Origin: Candidatus Hecatella orcuttiae
GTDB taxonomy: Archaea; Thermoproteota; Bathyarchaeia; Hecatellales; Hecatellaceae
Direction of reading: 5' to 3'
Length of the DNA: 64,000 bases
NCBI GenBank assembly: GCA_002011035.2
Contig: MTLY02000001.1
Coordinates: 288,001 to 352,000 of the forward strand
The stretch's first letter is position 1. Every line of letters begins with the position of its first letter. The position numbers were made by a program, and so were the translations under genes. Positions 31,150-40,787 of this stretch are shown piece by piece. The notes under the pieces are model-generated. The model worked only from the letters and a program-made list of their open reading frames with translations, was not told where the DNA came from and did not search any database.

Positions 31150-32514
31150 TTGGCAGGTATTTTCAGAGCCTACGACATCAGGGGAATCTACGGACAAGAC
31201 TTAACCCCTGAACTGGCGTTGAAAATCGGATTAGCCTTCGGGAACTTTTTGGGCGGCCGTGAACAGGTGGTTGTGGGAAGAGACTCCAGACTAAGCGGCC
31301 CTCCCTTGGAGAGAGCTCTTACAGCGGGGCTTATGGCTTCAGGCTGCAGCTGCGTAGGGCTGGGAATAGTCCCCACACCTGTTCTCTACTTCGCTTCTGT
31401 TCACTACGGACAGAGGGGGGGCGTGATGTTGACGGCTTCTCACAATCCGCCTCAATACAACGGATTCAAACTCTGCCGGGGAGGTGTCGCCTACTCCTAC
31501 GAAACCTGTATAGGGAAATTGGAGGAAGCCGTTGAGAAAGCTTCCTTTACTCTTGCAAGCTGGCAAAGAGTGGGAGCCTACGAGAAGCAAGAGGTGCTAG
31601 GCGACTATAGCAGCTGCGTGATCAAAAACCTTCGACTGGAAAAAAAATTGAAGATAGTCTTAGACATAGGCAACGGCGCTTGCGGATATTCGGAGAAAAT
31701 CTTCCGAAACCTAGGCTGTCAAGTTGGCAGAACCCTCTTCCCGGAGCCTGATGGGAGATTTCCTAACCACATCCCTGACCCCCTCAAGGAGGAGACCCTT
31801 ACAGCTTTGAGGCAGGAGGTAGTGGCGTCCAAAGCCGACATGGGTGTGGCCTTCGACGGGGACGGAGACAGGGTGGGGTTTGTGGATGACAGGGGGCGCA
31901 TTGTCCCCGGGGACTCTGCTTTCATTCTCTTCGTGAGAGATGTTCTCAAAAAGCATCCTGCCTCGAAGATTGTTCTCAATGTTTTATGCTCCAAGGCGGT
32001 GGTAGAGGATATCCTAGCCCATGGGGGAGCCCCTGTAACGTCGAGGGTTGGACACTCCTACATTCAAGAAGCTTTTCTTCGGGAGGAGGCCGCTCTGGCC
32101 GGGGAGGTCAGCGGCCATTATTATTTCGGCCGAGAATATTACGGCTACGACGACGGAATCTACGCTGCCCTCCGGATGGCTGAAATTCTCTCCAAGTCTC
32201 CTGTGAAGTTCTCCCAGCTGGTGGATGGGCTACCTCGTTACGTTTCCTCCTCAGAGATACGTATCCCCTGCTCTGACTCCATAAAGTTTAAAGTCGTCAA
32301 CAGACTTCGGGAAAAGTTTCAAGGGGAAGGTTACCGAACGGTGACCATCGACGGGGTGAAGGTGGAGCTGGAAGACGGCTGGGGAGCTGTGAGAGCCTCT
32401 AACACCGAGCCGGTTCTGGTCTTCCGGTTTGAAGCCTCAACCTCAGAGAAGCTGGAGGAAATCCGCCGGTGGATGGTGGAGGAAGCAAAGAAGATGGCGA
32501 CGTCTCTAACCTAG
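31150..32514 (+). CDS. Phosphomannomutase/phosphoglucomutase
   Basis: FRAYDIRG, TASHNP, DGDGDR, GEVSGH, RASNTEP. Confidence 0.94.
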   Translation: MAGIFRAYDIRGIYGQDLTPELALKIGLAFGNFLGGREQVVVGRDSRLSGPPLERALTAGLMASGCSCVGLGIVPTPVLYFASVHYGQRGGVMLTASHNPPQYNGFKLCRGGVAYSYETCIGKLEEAVEKASFTLASWQRVGAYEKQEVLGDYSSCVIKNLRLEKKLKIVLDIGNGACGYSEKIFRNLGCQVGRTLFPEPDGRFPNHIPDPLKEETLTALRQEVVASKADMGVAFDGDGDRVGFVDDRGRIVPGDSAFILFVRDVLKKHPASKIVLNVLCSKAVVEDILAHGGAPVTSRVGHSYIQEAFLREEAALAGEVSGHYYFGREYYGYDDGIYAALRMAEILSKSPVKFSQLVDGLPRYVSSSEIRIPCSDSIKFKVVNRLREKFQGEGYRTVTIDGVKVELEDGWGAVRASNTEPVLVFRFEASTSEKLEEIRRWMVEEAKKMATSLT

Positions 32515-32611
32515 CCGGAGGCAATGCCCTCCTCCAGCAACCTGATGCCGGGAACTGGAGCTTTCGCCTCAAGCGACTTCCACTTAAATATCTCCGTAGT
32601 GTAAAAGAGGG

Positions 32612-33193
32612 TTGGGAAGGGTCTTGGGTGAAAATGAAGAGGTGGAGAAGCTTCGGCGGAGCCGAAGCAGAGTGGAGAAACGTATCACCCGCCTAAAAGC
32701 TGAACTGGACCATCTGACTCATATTCTCTCCGTCATCGACAAGCATCTTGCCGAAAGAGAGAAAGCGGAGGCTAAGCCGCCTGAAGCCAAGCCTGCGGCT
32801 CCGGAGGAGAAGGTTACTCCGAAGCCTCCACCGGTTTCAGTCCAAGCGATTCCCTTGGTGGCTGCCTCAGGGGTTACTCTTGGAACCCTATACTTAGGTG
32901 AAAACGAGATTAGGGTGATTCCTTCTAGGGACTTAGAATTTAACGTCAATACTCCCCCTTTCAACCAGTTTCTCATAACCAAAGTGCTGGCGGGGATGGT
33001 GACTAAGGATAGGGAAGAAGCCGTGGCAGGAGCCATAACCCCGGATGAAATCTTAACCTACCGGGTGATGCGGGAGGGGGACATTCTGAAGGAGCTGGTA
33101 ATCAGAAACTACAGGGAAGAGAAGAGAGCCGTCACCCTCAAAAACTCCATCCGATGGACCTTAGAGAAAATGTACGAGAAGATGAAAACCTAG
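32612..33193 (+). CDS. Hypothetical protein (N-terminal coiled coil, Pro-rich linker)
   Basis: 193-aa ORF with plausible composition, co-directional with neighbours. Confidence 0.65.
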   Translation: MGRVLGENEEVEKLRRSRSRVEKRITRLKAELDHLTHILSVIDKHLAEREKAEAKPPEAKPAAPEEKVTPKPPPVSVQAIPLVAASGVTLGTLYLGENEIRVIPSRDLEFNVNTPPFNQFLITKVLAGMVTKDREEAVAGAITPDEILTYRVMREGDILKELVIRNYREEKRAVTLKNSIRWTLEKMYEKMKT

Positions 33194-33232
33194 CGGAAGG
33201 CTAAAATATTCTAGGCTGCAATAAAACCTTCG

Positions 33233-33892
33233 GTGCTGAAAATGCTGGAATATAAAGGCTTGAAGATAAGCTGGCTGGGCCACGCAGGCTTCAAGATAAC
33301 CGACGGTAAAACCATCTACATCGACCCCTACCAGATTAAAGGCGAAGGGGAAGCTGACTTGCTTCTGATCACCCATGAACACTTTGACCACCTGAGCCTC
33401 GAGGACATCAAAAAAATTGCTTCAGAAAAAACCGTGGTGATCACCACGCCTATGGCTGAACCTCAACTGGCTAAGCTGAAGGTTAAAGAGGTGAAAACTG
33501 TAAAGCCGGGGGATAGAGTTGACGTGGAAGGCGTCACCGTCGAGGCTGTACCCGCCTACAACTTGGACAAGTTTCGCTCACCAGGCCGAGTTTTCCACCC
33601 CAAAGAAGATGGGAAAGTAGGCTTTGTGCTCACCTTCCAAGGGGCGAAAATCTACCACGCAGGAGACACGGACGCTGTGCCGGAAATGAAAGACATCCAG
33701 CCCGATATCGCCTTGCTCCCCGTAAGCGGAACCTATGTCATGACGGCTGTAGAGGCCGCTGAGGCTGTGAAGCTCCTGAAGCCTAAGCTGGCTGTGCCCA
33801 TGCACTACGGAAGCATCGTCGGAGACGAGGAAGACGCTAAAAAGTTTAAAGAAACAGCCTCCTGCGACGTGCAGATCCTGAGTAAGGAGTAG
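33233..33892 (+). CDS. MBL-fold metallo-hydrolase
   Basis: THEHFDH, YHAGDT, PMHYG. Confidence 0.9.
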   Translation: MLKMLEYKGLKISWLGHAGFKITDGKTIYIDPYQIKGEGEADLLLITHEHFDHLSLEDIKKIASEKTVVITTPMAEPQLAKLKVKEVKTVKPGDRVDVEGVTVEAVPAYNLDKFRSPGRVFHPKEDGKVGFVLTFQGAKIYHAGDTDAVPEMKDIQPDIALLPVSGTYVMTAVEAAEAVKLLKPKLAVPMHYGSIVGDEEDAKKFKETASCDVQILSKE

Positions 33893-33968
33893 GCTTCCCT
33901 CCCTTTTTACTCCCTGAGGAAACAGCAGCCTCGTCCACCACCCCATTCAGCCTCATGGAGGCGACAGA

Positions 33969-34085
33969 GTGGAGGAAGAAAACCGCCTGATGAAAGAACA
34001 TGAGAAAAGGAGAAAGTCGAAAAGGAAAAGAAGAGGACCCTACCGGAAAGCTTTCTTGGGCGGGAAACAGCGGAAAATCGAATAA
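33969..34085 (+). CDS. Small basic protein (38 aa) missed by the ORF track
   Basis: GGAGG RBS then GTG; MEEENRLMKEHEKRRKSKRKRRGPYRKAFLGGKQRKIE*. Confidence 0.55.
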   Translation: MEEENRLMKEHEKRRKSKRKRRGPYRKAFLGGKQRKIE

Positions 34086-34142
34086 GCATACACATGAATA
34101 TGGAGGAGAGAACACTAGACCCCGGGCCAGATTACGTCTTTT

Positions 34143-34835
34143 TTAAACGGACTCTTCAAGGTCGAAAAGCCCCTTAAACAGGGGTTCCGCCTTCGTTTCC
34201 GCGGAGGTGCTTCCCTCACCTTCCTGTTTTTCTTTCCACGGCTCCTTCACGTAAAGGTACATGAAGACCGTTCCGAAGACTATGAGCAAAGCTCCTACTA
34301 GGAAGGTGATCCTGAAACCTGCCTGCTGAGCTAGGAAACCTCCGAAGGCCGGCCCTACAATCCAGCCCATATACCACACTCGCTCATAGATGCCCATGGC
34401 CCAGCCACGCTGCCTCGCGGGGGCTATGTCGGCGATGTAGGCGGGCACGGTGACGCCTAAGGCCGCCCAAGTGGCGCCTTCGAGGGCTTGGATGGGGAAC
34501 ACGGCTATGAAACTCCCCGCCGTAGCGTAGAGGGAGAAGGCGGCCATGAAGCCGACCATGGACAAAAGCATAATCGGCCTTCTCCCCACCCGGTCTGAAA
34601 GCCTGCCGAGCATAGGGGCGGCTAGTGCTCCTGCAAGGGCGCCGGTCATGAATATGAGGCCTATGTGAAATCTTGAAGCCCCCAAGTCGTCTACAATGTA
34701 GAGGGCGAGGATGGAGTAAACCATCCCTGAGCAGATCATGAGAGGCAGGATGGAGATGCACAGTAGGTACAGTTTTCTTTTTCTCCAACCCGTTGAGGCG
34801 GAGTCTTCTGAAAAACCGAAGATCTTCCCAGCCAT
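34143..34835 (-). CDS. Half-size (6-TM) MFS transporter
   Basis: MFS motif A GRLSDRVGRR; GWIVGPAFGG; only 230 aa. Confidence 0.75.
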   Translation of the reverse strand: MAGKIFGFSEDSASTGWRKRKLYLLCISILPLMICSGMVYSILALYIVDDLGASRFHIGLIFMTGALAGALAAPMLGRLSDRVGRRPIMLLSMVGFMAAFSLYATAGSFIAVFPIQALEGATWAALGVTVPAYIADIAPARQRGWAMGIYERVWYMGWIVGPAFGGFLAQQAGFRITFLVGALLIVFGTVFMYLYVKEPWKEKQEGEGSTSAETKAEPLFKGLFDLEESV

Positions 34836-35003
34836 AAGAAACCCTCCTATAAAGGAAAGCGAACTACCTATTTATGCTGTGCAACACCGATTTCAACGTA
34901 TGGATTTATCTGAAAGCTTAGGCGGAGGAAGACCGCAGCAGATGTAGTAGTTTATATATTTTTTTGCCATTGGTTTTATCCATCGGAATAAGGGGGAGAT
35001 GCT

Positions 35004-36074
35004 GTGAAACTTTTCACCGTGGGACCCGTAGCCTGCTATCCTGAGGTTCTGGAAGAAATGAAACGCCAAATGTTCAGTCATAGAAGTAAAGAGTATAGGG
35101 AGCTTCACAGGGATACAGTGGAAAAAATGCAGCGTTTCCTTGAAACGAAAAACCAAGTATTCCTAGTGCCCAGTTCAGGGACGGGGATCATGGAGGGTTC
35201 GGTGCGAAACTGCGTGGAAAAAAAGATGCTGTGCTGTGTCAATGGCTCCTTCGGCGAACGCTACGTGGAGGTCGGGGAATCTAACGGAAAAATCGTCGAA
35301 AAACTTGAGCCTAAGCTTGGAAGCCCTATTACCCCTGAGCTTTTAGAGGAAAAGCTTTCTTCATGCCCGGATGTGGAAGCCGTCACCATCACCCACAACG
35401 AAACTAGTGTGGGGCTGATAAACCCGTTGAAAGACCTAGCCCGGGTGGTTAAGAAACATGGAAAACTCCTGTTCGTCGACGCGGTGAGCGCCATGGGTGG
35501 AACGGAGATCAGAGTGGACGAGTGGAAAATCGACGTTTGCTTTGCAAGCTCCCAGAAATGCTTCGGCCTCCCCCCAGGGTTGGCGGTGGGAAGCGTAAGC
35601 GAAGAAGCCTTAGAGAGGTCTGAGAAAGCCAAGAATAAGGGATGGTACTTTGACTTCAAACTCCTAGAGAAATATCAGAAAACCCAGTGGAGCACACCTA
35701 TGACTCCGGCGATCCCCCAAATATTTGCCCTGAAAAAGATGTTAGAGATGATCGAGGAGAGGGGAGGCAAGCAAGCGCATTTTCAGCTCTACAGGAAGAG
35801 AAGTGAAAAAATAATGAAGGGCGTGAAAGAGCTGAACTTGACCCTATTTCCGGAGAGGGGATATGAGAGCCCCACGGTTACATGTGTAAACGCTCCTCCA
35901 GGAGTCAGCGGTTTAGAGATCTACGAGAAGATGAGGGGGAAAGGTTTCGAGTTGGCTAAAGGTTATGGAGACATCAAGGAGAAAACCTTCCGAATCGGGA
36001 ACATGGGCTACATCTCCTTTGAAGACATAGACTCCATGCTTCAAGCACTGGAAGAGGTTTTGAAAAAACCCTGA
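35004..36074 (+). CDS. Class V PLP aminotransferase (Ser-pyruvate/Ala-glyoxylate type)
   Basis: HNETSVG, VDAVS, SQKCFGLPPG, FRIGNMG. Confidence 0.9.
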   Translation: MKLFTVGPVACYPEVLEEMKRQMFSHRSKEYRELHRDTVEKMQRFLETKNQVFLVPSSGTGIMEGSVRNCVEKKMLCCVNGSFGERYVEVGESNGKIVEKLEPKLGSPITPELLEEKLSSCPDVEAVTITHNETSVGLINPLKDLARVVKKHGKLLFVDAVSAMGGTEIRVDEWKIDVCFASSQKCFGLPPGLAVGSVSEEALERSEKAKNKGWYFDFKLLEKYQKTQWSTPMTPAIPQIFALKKMLEMIEERGGKQAHFQLYRKRSEKIMKGVKELNLTLFPERGYESPTVTCVNAPPGVSGLEIYEKMRGKGFELAKGYGDIKEKTFRIGNMGYISFEDIDSMLQALEEVLKKP

Positions 36075-36129
36075 AAAGGGGAAAGCTTTCTTTAAATATG
36101 AGGATCCGTCTATCTAGGTGTGAGCGGTC

Positions 36130-36681
36130 ATGAGCGAAGTTTTAAACACCATCAAAAATAGGAGAAGCGTCAGGAAATTTCTGACCACCCCCATAGAAGA
36201 AGATAAAGTTGAAGCCATCCTTACAGCTGGCCAGTGGGCGCCTTCCTTCGTAAATCTCCAACCTTGGAAATTCATCGTCGTCCGAGACCCTGAGACAAAG
36301 AAGAAGCTGGCTGAGATTTTGAAGATGCCCATGGTGGGGATTATCTATCGGGGGGAGATAGCCTACGATCAGCTTCCCCACGTTCCAGTTATCATCGTTG
36401 TTGTCGTCGACCCGAACAAAGACAAGCTTCACTATGTAGAGGATGGCGCTGTGGCTACTCAGAACATGGCCTTAGCCGCCCACAGCCTTGGACTTGGCAC
36501 CTATTGGATAGGCGTTTACAACCACACCTACATTGAAGATGAAATAAAGAAGGCTTTGGAAATTCCTGTCGACTGTAGGGTTATCTCGCTGATGCCCGTG
36601 GGAGTAGCTGCGGAGACTCCCCAAAAGGATAGGGAAAGCCTCGGAAACATTGTCTACTATGATAAATTCGGAAAACGCTGA
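36130..36681 (+). CDS. Nitroreductase family protein
   Basis: RRSVRKF, APSFVNLQPW, LGLGTYWIG. Confidence 0.9.
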   Translation: MSEVLNTIKNRRSVRKFLTTPIEEDKVEAILTAGQWAPSFVNLQPWKFIVVRDPETKKKLAEILKMPMVGIIYRGEIAYDQLPHVPVIIVVVVDPNKDKLHYVEDGAVATQNMALAAHSLGLGTYWIGVYNHTYIEDEIKKALEIPVDCRVISLMPVGVAAETPQKDRESLGNIVYYDKFGKR

Positions 36682-36820
36682 ATTCAATTCAGAACTCTAA
36701 CTCATCTCTTTTTTAATTAATTCTTTAAAATGAGCTCTTCGCTTATTGGCAGGGTTCTGACATTAGTCCTAGGTTTTGGAGGGGGAAACTCTCCCCTTCC
36801 CCGGTTTCAAAGGGATGGCT

Positions 36821-36895
36821 TGTGGCCCGAATAACTAACACTCAGCATCACCGTTGAGCAGACGCTCATCTCAGCTGAGCTCTCTCGTATCGGGC
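36821..36895 (-). ncRNA. Box H/ACA guide RNA hairpin
   Basis: GCCCGA/UCGGGC lower stem, internal loop, GCUCAGC/GCUGAGU upper stem, UGA...UGAU K-turn, apical UGAGC/GCUCA hairpin, ACA 16 nt below the upper stem. Confidence 0.72.
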
Positions 36896-37061
36896 TTTTC
36901 CGCCAAACCCTTTGCCGCCACCGCCCTGTCCCGCCGCTGGGTTTTCTCCGTCTTCATTGTAAGCGCCCGGCTGGACGCTTCCTAGGTTGGATCCGTGTCA
37001 GCGGTTTTTCGGACGGTGGTTTCGGTTTCCTTGAGGCTAATGAAACTCTCGCGTTGGCGGC

Positions 37062-38735
37062 TTATATTTTTCCCTCTGGAAACAGTTGGGATAGGTTGAT
37101 CTCCAAAGCGACCACAGGGTTTGGTAAGCTGAAGTTTTCCAGTACTTGAGGGTGGATCTCGCCTAAGACGGCAAAGTCTTCTTTTCCATCGAGCCTTAAG
37201 CCCGCGGCTCTACCGGGGATAAAGCTGGGATGATTTAGTCTTCTTATCTCCCAGTTTTCCACTTTTACCAGCCTCAGGAATTCGAAGGCTAAGGCTTGGA
37301 TCTCCTCATAGCTGACTTTGTAGTTGCAAACAGCTGCAGCCAGTTTCCACTCTTCTTTGACGCTGTTATCGGTTTGGGGGTCAGGTTTTACGGTAGTCCC
37401 CAGCTCAAAGACCCTTTGAGGATAGTCCACATGGGTGTTGTGGGAAAGAAACTCCATCAAGCTTGGCAGCAGCCATAAGCGGAGTTGGGAAAATTCCGCG
37501 GTCATGGGGTTGGCCAACTCCACCAGTTCCCCCTCTTCAAGCCCCATCTTGGTAAGCTGGTTTTCTCTGCTTGTCAGAAGATAGCTGGCGACCTCTTGGA
37601 AGCCGAAGCCCACCATGAGGTCCCGGAGCTTTCTGGCTGCCACCGACCGGGGAAGCTCCCTGCCTAGAGTGGATGTGGGGGGAAGCTGAGGCCCCACCCG
37701 GTGGTAGCCGTAGCCTATGATAATGTCCTCAACGATGTCGATGGGGTGGAGAACGTCGCAGCGGTAAGGTGGGATAAGAACTTCCATTTCCCCTTTTCCC
37801 GTCGCCTTGGCTCCCAGCCTCATCCTCTCCGCCAGCCTACAAGCTTCCCGAAGGCTCAGGTTTAATCCTGAAACCTCGTTTACATAGGCTAGACTCAGCC
37901 GGAGCTTCGCAGCCTCAAGGCGGGGAGTCCTAATTCTCCGCCTCGGATAGTTCACCTGAACTCTCTCAATCCGGCCGCCTCTCTCCCAAAGGCTGGCGGC
38001 CAGAATGTTTACAGCCTTCTCAGCCACCTGCGGGCTTGTGCTTGTGGTGTCGATGAAGAGGTTTCGGGTCGAGGGCGTAACCTTAGTCTCTTCGCTGTTA
38101 ACGATAGGAGGCATGGAAAGCACTTGGCCTTCCGAGTCCACCAGCAGGGGGAAACGGGTTAAACCCTCCAAGAGGTGAGCGTACTCTAAACCTTGAGGAG
38201 TTTGGCTTAGAATCTCGCGGGCTGTGAGTGGCTGAGCGCCTTCTAAGGGGGTAAACTTTATCTTCTGAGGCTCAAGAGCCGTGTAGGTTATGGGCGGTTT
38301 CACCTTGTCTAGATCGTAGACTCCGATGGAGGCTTTTCTCCTTCGACGGCAGAGGTTTTCGTCGAGTTTATCCTGCAGTCTCATCAGCTGAGCTATGGTA
38401 CTGTCAGTCATCCGGAGGCCCCGCACCACAGCGCAGGCTATGTAGGGGCGAATCTTTTTAACAGAGTCTGAAACCTTCACCGAAACCCCGCTGGGCTTGG
38501 CGGAGTAGGGCCTGTAGCCTGTTTGAATTCCTAGGAAACCCTTGAGGGCGCGGGCGATGCCTTCGGCGGAAAGCATGTCCGGCCTGTCGGCGTTAACCTC
38601 CACCGTGAATTCCTCGCCTTCCATGTTCTTGACTTCGCATTTGATCCGAGGCAACCACTCTTCCAGTTCGGAGCGGGAGAGTTTTCTTCCCAGAAGCCGG
38701 TAGAAGTCCTTTTTTTCCAAAGTAACCGTGGGCAT
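37062..38735 (-). CDS. pheT: Phenylalanine-tRNA ligase beta subunit
   Basis: NADRPDMLS, SMPPIVNS, YRCDVLHPIDIVEDI. Confidence 0.95.
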   Translation of the reverse strand: MPTVTLEKKDFYRLLGRKLSRSELEEWLPRIKCEVKNMEGEEFTVEVNADRPDMLSAEGIARALKGFLGIQTGYRPYSAKPSGVSVKVSDSVKKIRPYIACAVVRGLRMTDSTIAQLMRLQDKLDENLCRRRRKASIGVYDLDKVKPPITYTALEPQKIKFTPLEGAQPLTAREILSQTPQGLEYAHLLEGLTRFPLLVDSEGQVLSMPPIVNSEETKVTPSTRNLFIDTTSTSPQVAEKAVNILAASLWERGGRIERVQVNYPRRRIRTPRLEAAKLRLSLAYVNEVSGLNLSLREACRLAERMRLGAKATGKGEMEVLIPPYRCDVLHPIDIVEDIIIGYGYHRVGPQLPPTSTLGRELPRSVAARKLRDLMVGFGFQEVASYLLTSRENQLTKMGLEEGELVELANPMTAEFSQLRLWLLPSLMEFLSHNTHVDYPQRVFELGTTVKPDPQTDNSVKEEWKLAAAVCNYKVSYEEIQALAFEFLRLVKVENWEIRRLNHPSFIPGRAAGLRLDGKEDFAVLGEIHPQVLENFSLPNPVVALEINLSQLFPEGKI

Positions 38736-40244
38736 TTAGAGGGTCCTCTCCCGGAGGAACTCTAACCTTCTAGAGTGAAGCTCTCGGATGTCGTCGATGC
38801 CCAGTTTAGCCATGGCCAGTCTGCCGATGCCTATCCCCCAAGCCAGCACAGGGTATTTGGCTCCCAAAGGCTTAGCCACCTCAGGCCTGAACAGCCCAGC
38901 TCCCGCTGCTTCCACCCAGCCTAGCTTGGGGTGGTAGACGAAAGCCTCCACGCTGGGCTCGGTGAAGGGAAAGTAGCCGGGTTTGAAGCTGAGTTTTCCC
39001 AGCCCTAGGGCTTTTCCGATCTCCTCTAAGAATCCGAGGAGATGGCGGAAGGTAAGCCCGCGGTCCATGACGATGCCGTCGCATTGGTGGAACTCCATGG
39101 CATGCCGGGCGTCGAGGACGTCGGGTCTGAAGACTTGGGAAAGACAGAACATCTTCACAGGCGGCTTGGTGTGCTGGGCGAGAAACCTGACTGAAACTGC
39201 TGTGGTCTGAGTTCGGAGGATCAGCCTCTTAGCCACCTCTGGATTCCACTTGTACCGCCATCCTGTAGACCCTGTGACCCAGCCATTCTCATGAACCTTC
39301 TTAATCCTTCGGACAAGCTTTTCATTTCCTAGACTGCCACGGCTGGGCTTCTTCAACTGGTAGCTGTCGTGGATCTCCCGAGCTGGGTGGTCTTGAGGCT
39401 GAAAGAGAACGTCGAAATTCCAGAACTCCGTCTCCACACAGGGGCCCTCCGCCTCCTCAAAGCCCATGGAAAGCAGGATTCTTTTCACTTCTTCAAGAAA
39501 TTCCATGTAGAAATGCTTCCGGCCGGGGTAGACCTTGGGCGGGGAGGCTGCGATGTCGTATTCCCGAAACTTAACCTCCCTCCACCGGCCTGAGGTTATC
39601 AGCTCCCCGGTGAGGAGGGTTGTTTCCTCCGCCGCCGGCTTAGGCTCGAGGCTAAGCTGCCTTATGCCCTCCTCTGTCAGTTGGATTTCCCTCAGAACAG
39701 AGGTACGTTCCTCCACAAGCTTTCTCCTTTTCAGCTCCGCCGCCGCCTTCAGCTGCCTTGGGTCCAGCCGTTCTGACCGTAGCTCACCTTCCAGTTTCAG
39801 CTGCCTAAGAAAACGTTCGTCTTCTCCTTCTGGGGGAGGGACGGGGACGTGAAGCTCGATTTCCTCGTCTTTTCGGCTTATATGGCCCCAGCCTTTTCGA
39901 ACCAGCCATCCTGAGGCTATGCTGACGGCTGAACTGGGGACTCCTGCCTTTTCCATGGCTTCCTCCAAAAGAGCCCGGCCGCCGAGGGAGACCACGGTTT
40001 CCGCCAGCCTTCTTTCTGGCAGCCTGTTTTCCGCGTAGAGGCTTCCTTCCGGTGTGAGGGTGAAAACTTGCTGCTTTCTTTCGAAGGTTTGAGCCCATCC
40101 CTTTTCTACCAGCGTCAGGACGGCTCTCATGACGGAGGAATGGCTTAGGCCAGTGGCTTTGACGAGGGCTTCAACAGAGGCTTTACCCTCCTCCCTTCTC
40201 AACGCCTTCAGGACTTCGTAGACTGTTTCCTCCATCGACGGCAA
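38736..40244 (-). CDS. pheS: Phenylalanine-tRNA ligase alpha subunit
   Basis: FWNFD, QDHPARE, LRTQTT, YFPFTEPS. Confidence 0.96.
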   Translation of the reverse strand: MPSMEETVYEVLKALRREEGKASVEALVKATGLSHSSVMRAVLTLVEKGWAQTFERKQQVFTLTPEGSLYAENRLPERRLAETVVSLGGRALLEEAMEKAGVPSSAVSIASGWLVRKGWGHISRKDEEIELHVPVPPPEGEDERFLRQLKLEGELRSERLDPRQLKAAAELKRRKLVEERTSVLREIQLTEEGIRQLSLEPKPAAEETTLLTGELITSGRWREVKFREYDIAASPPKVYPGRKHFYMEFLEEVKRILLSMGFEEAEGPCVETEFWNFDVLFQPQDHPAREIHDSYQLKKPSRGSLGNEKLVRRIKKVHENGWVTGSTGWRYKWNPEVAKRLILRTQTTAVSVRFLAQHTKPPVKMFCLSQVFRPDVLDARHAMEFHQCDGIVMDRGLTFRHLLGFLEEIGKALGLGKLSFKPGYFPFTEPSVEAFVYHPKLGWVEAAGAGLFRPEVAKPLGAKYPVLAWGIGIGRLAMAKLGIDDIRELHSRRLEFLRERTL

Positions 40245-40308
40245 GGGCTTCCCCCAGAAGCTTCGGACAATTCTTTACCTCGCAGGTTTCAAAAAGATTT
40301 CCTCTGGC

Positions 40309-40758
40309 TTAAGGCTGGGAGACTGGCTTCCTCACCCTGCTTCGAGGCTTTTGGAAGGCGGGCTCGCTGATTACCTTGGCTTCCACCATCTTGAGGACGG
40401 AACGGACACTGGCCTCTCCCTTAAGTTTGCCTAAGCCTCCAACGGAACGAGTCCACCTTAGCTTGGTGGAGCTGCTTTTGGAGTTGTAAACCACGCCCAC
40501 CACGTTTTCAGCCTTCGTAAACTGGATTTCCCCTATTTTTTTGAGGCTAACTTTGTCCTCCGCCTCCACGTAGATCAGGCCTTTTTCAGCCAGCCGCTCG
40601 GGGTAAACGGTTTCATCCCTCAGATACTCTGGAGGGATGAAAGAATAGCAACAGCTTAGGATTACAAACTTCCTGAAAGCCTCCAGCGGGCATGAGGTTT
40701 CAATGGATACCGACCTCTCCTACCTCCTAACTGAACTCGCCTGAAACCCGGAAGCCAA
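40309..40758 (-). CDS. Hypothetical protein; N-terminus requires an ATT start (40704) or TTG (40758) plus TAG readthrough
   Basis: Frame stays open ~50 codons upstream of the ORF-track GTG (IETSCPLEAFRKF...YPERL...IYVEAEDKV) up to a TAG at 40720-40722. Confidence 0.55.
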
Positions 40759-40787
40759 TCTATCATCTTTTTCAAAAGATTAAAACG

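Noticed and set aside
36700-37061. RNase P or SRP RNA in the long intergenic region
   Set aside because: Signature motifs were not found; only the H/ACA hairpin and short stems are supported.
40309-40569. Possible stand-alone PylSn
   Set aside because: Lacks the His/Cys Zn-binding pattern of PylSn.
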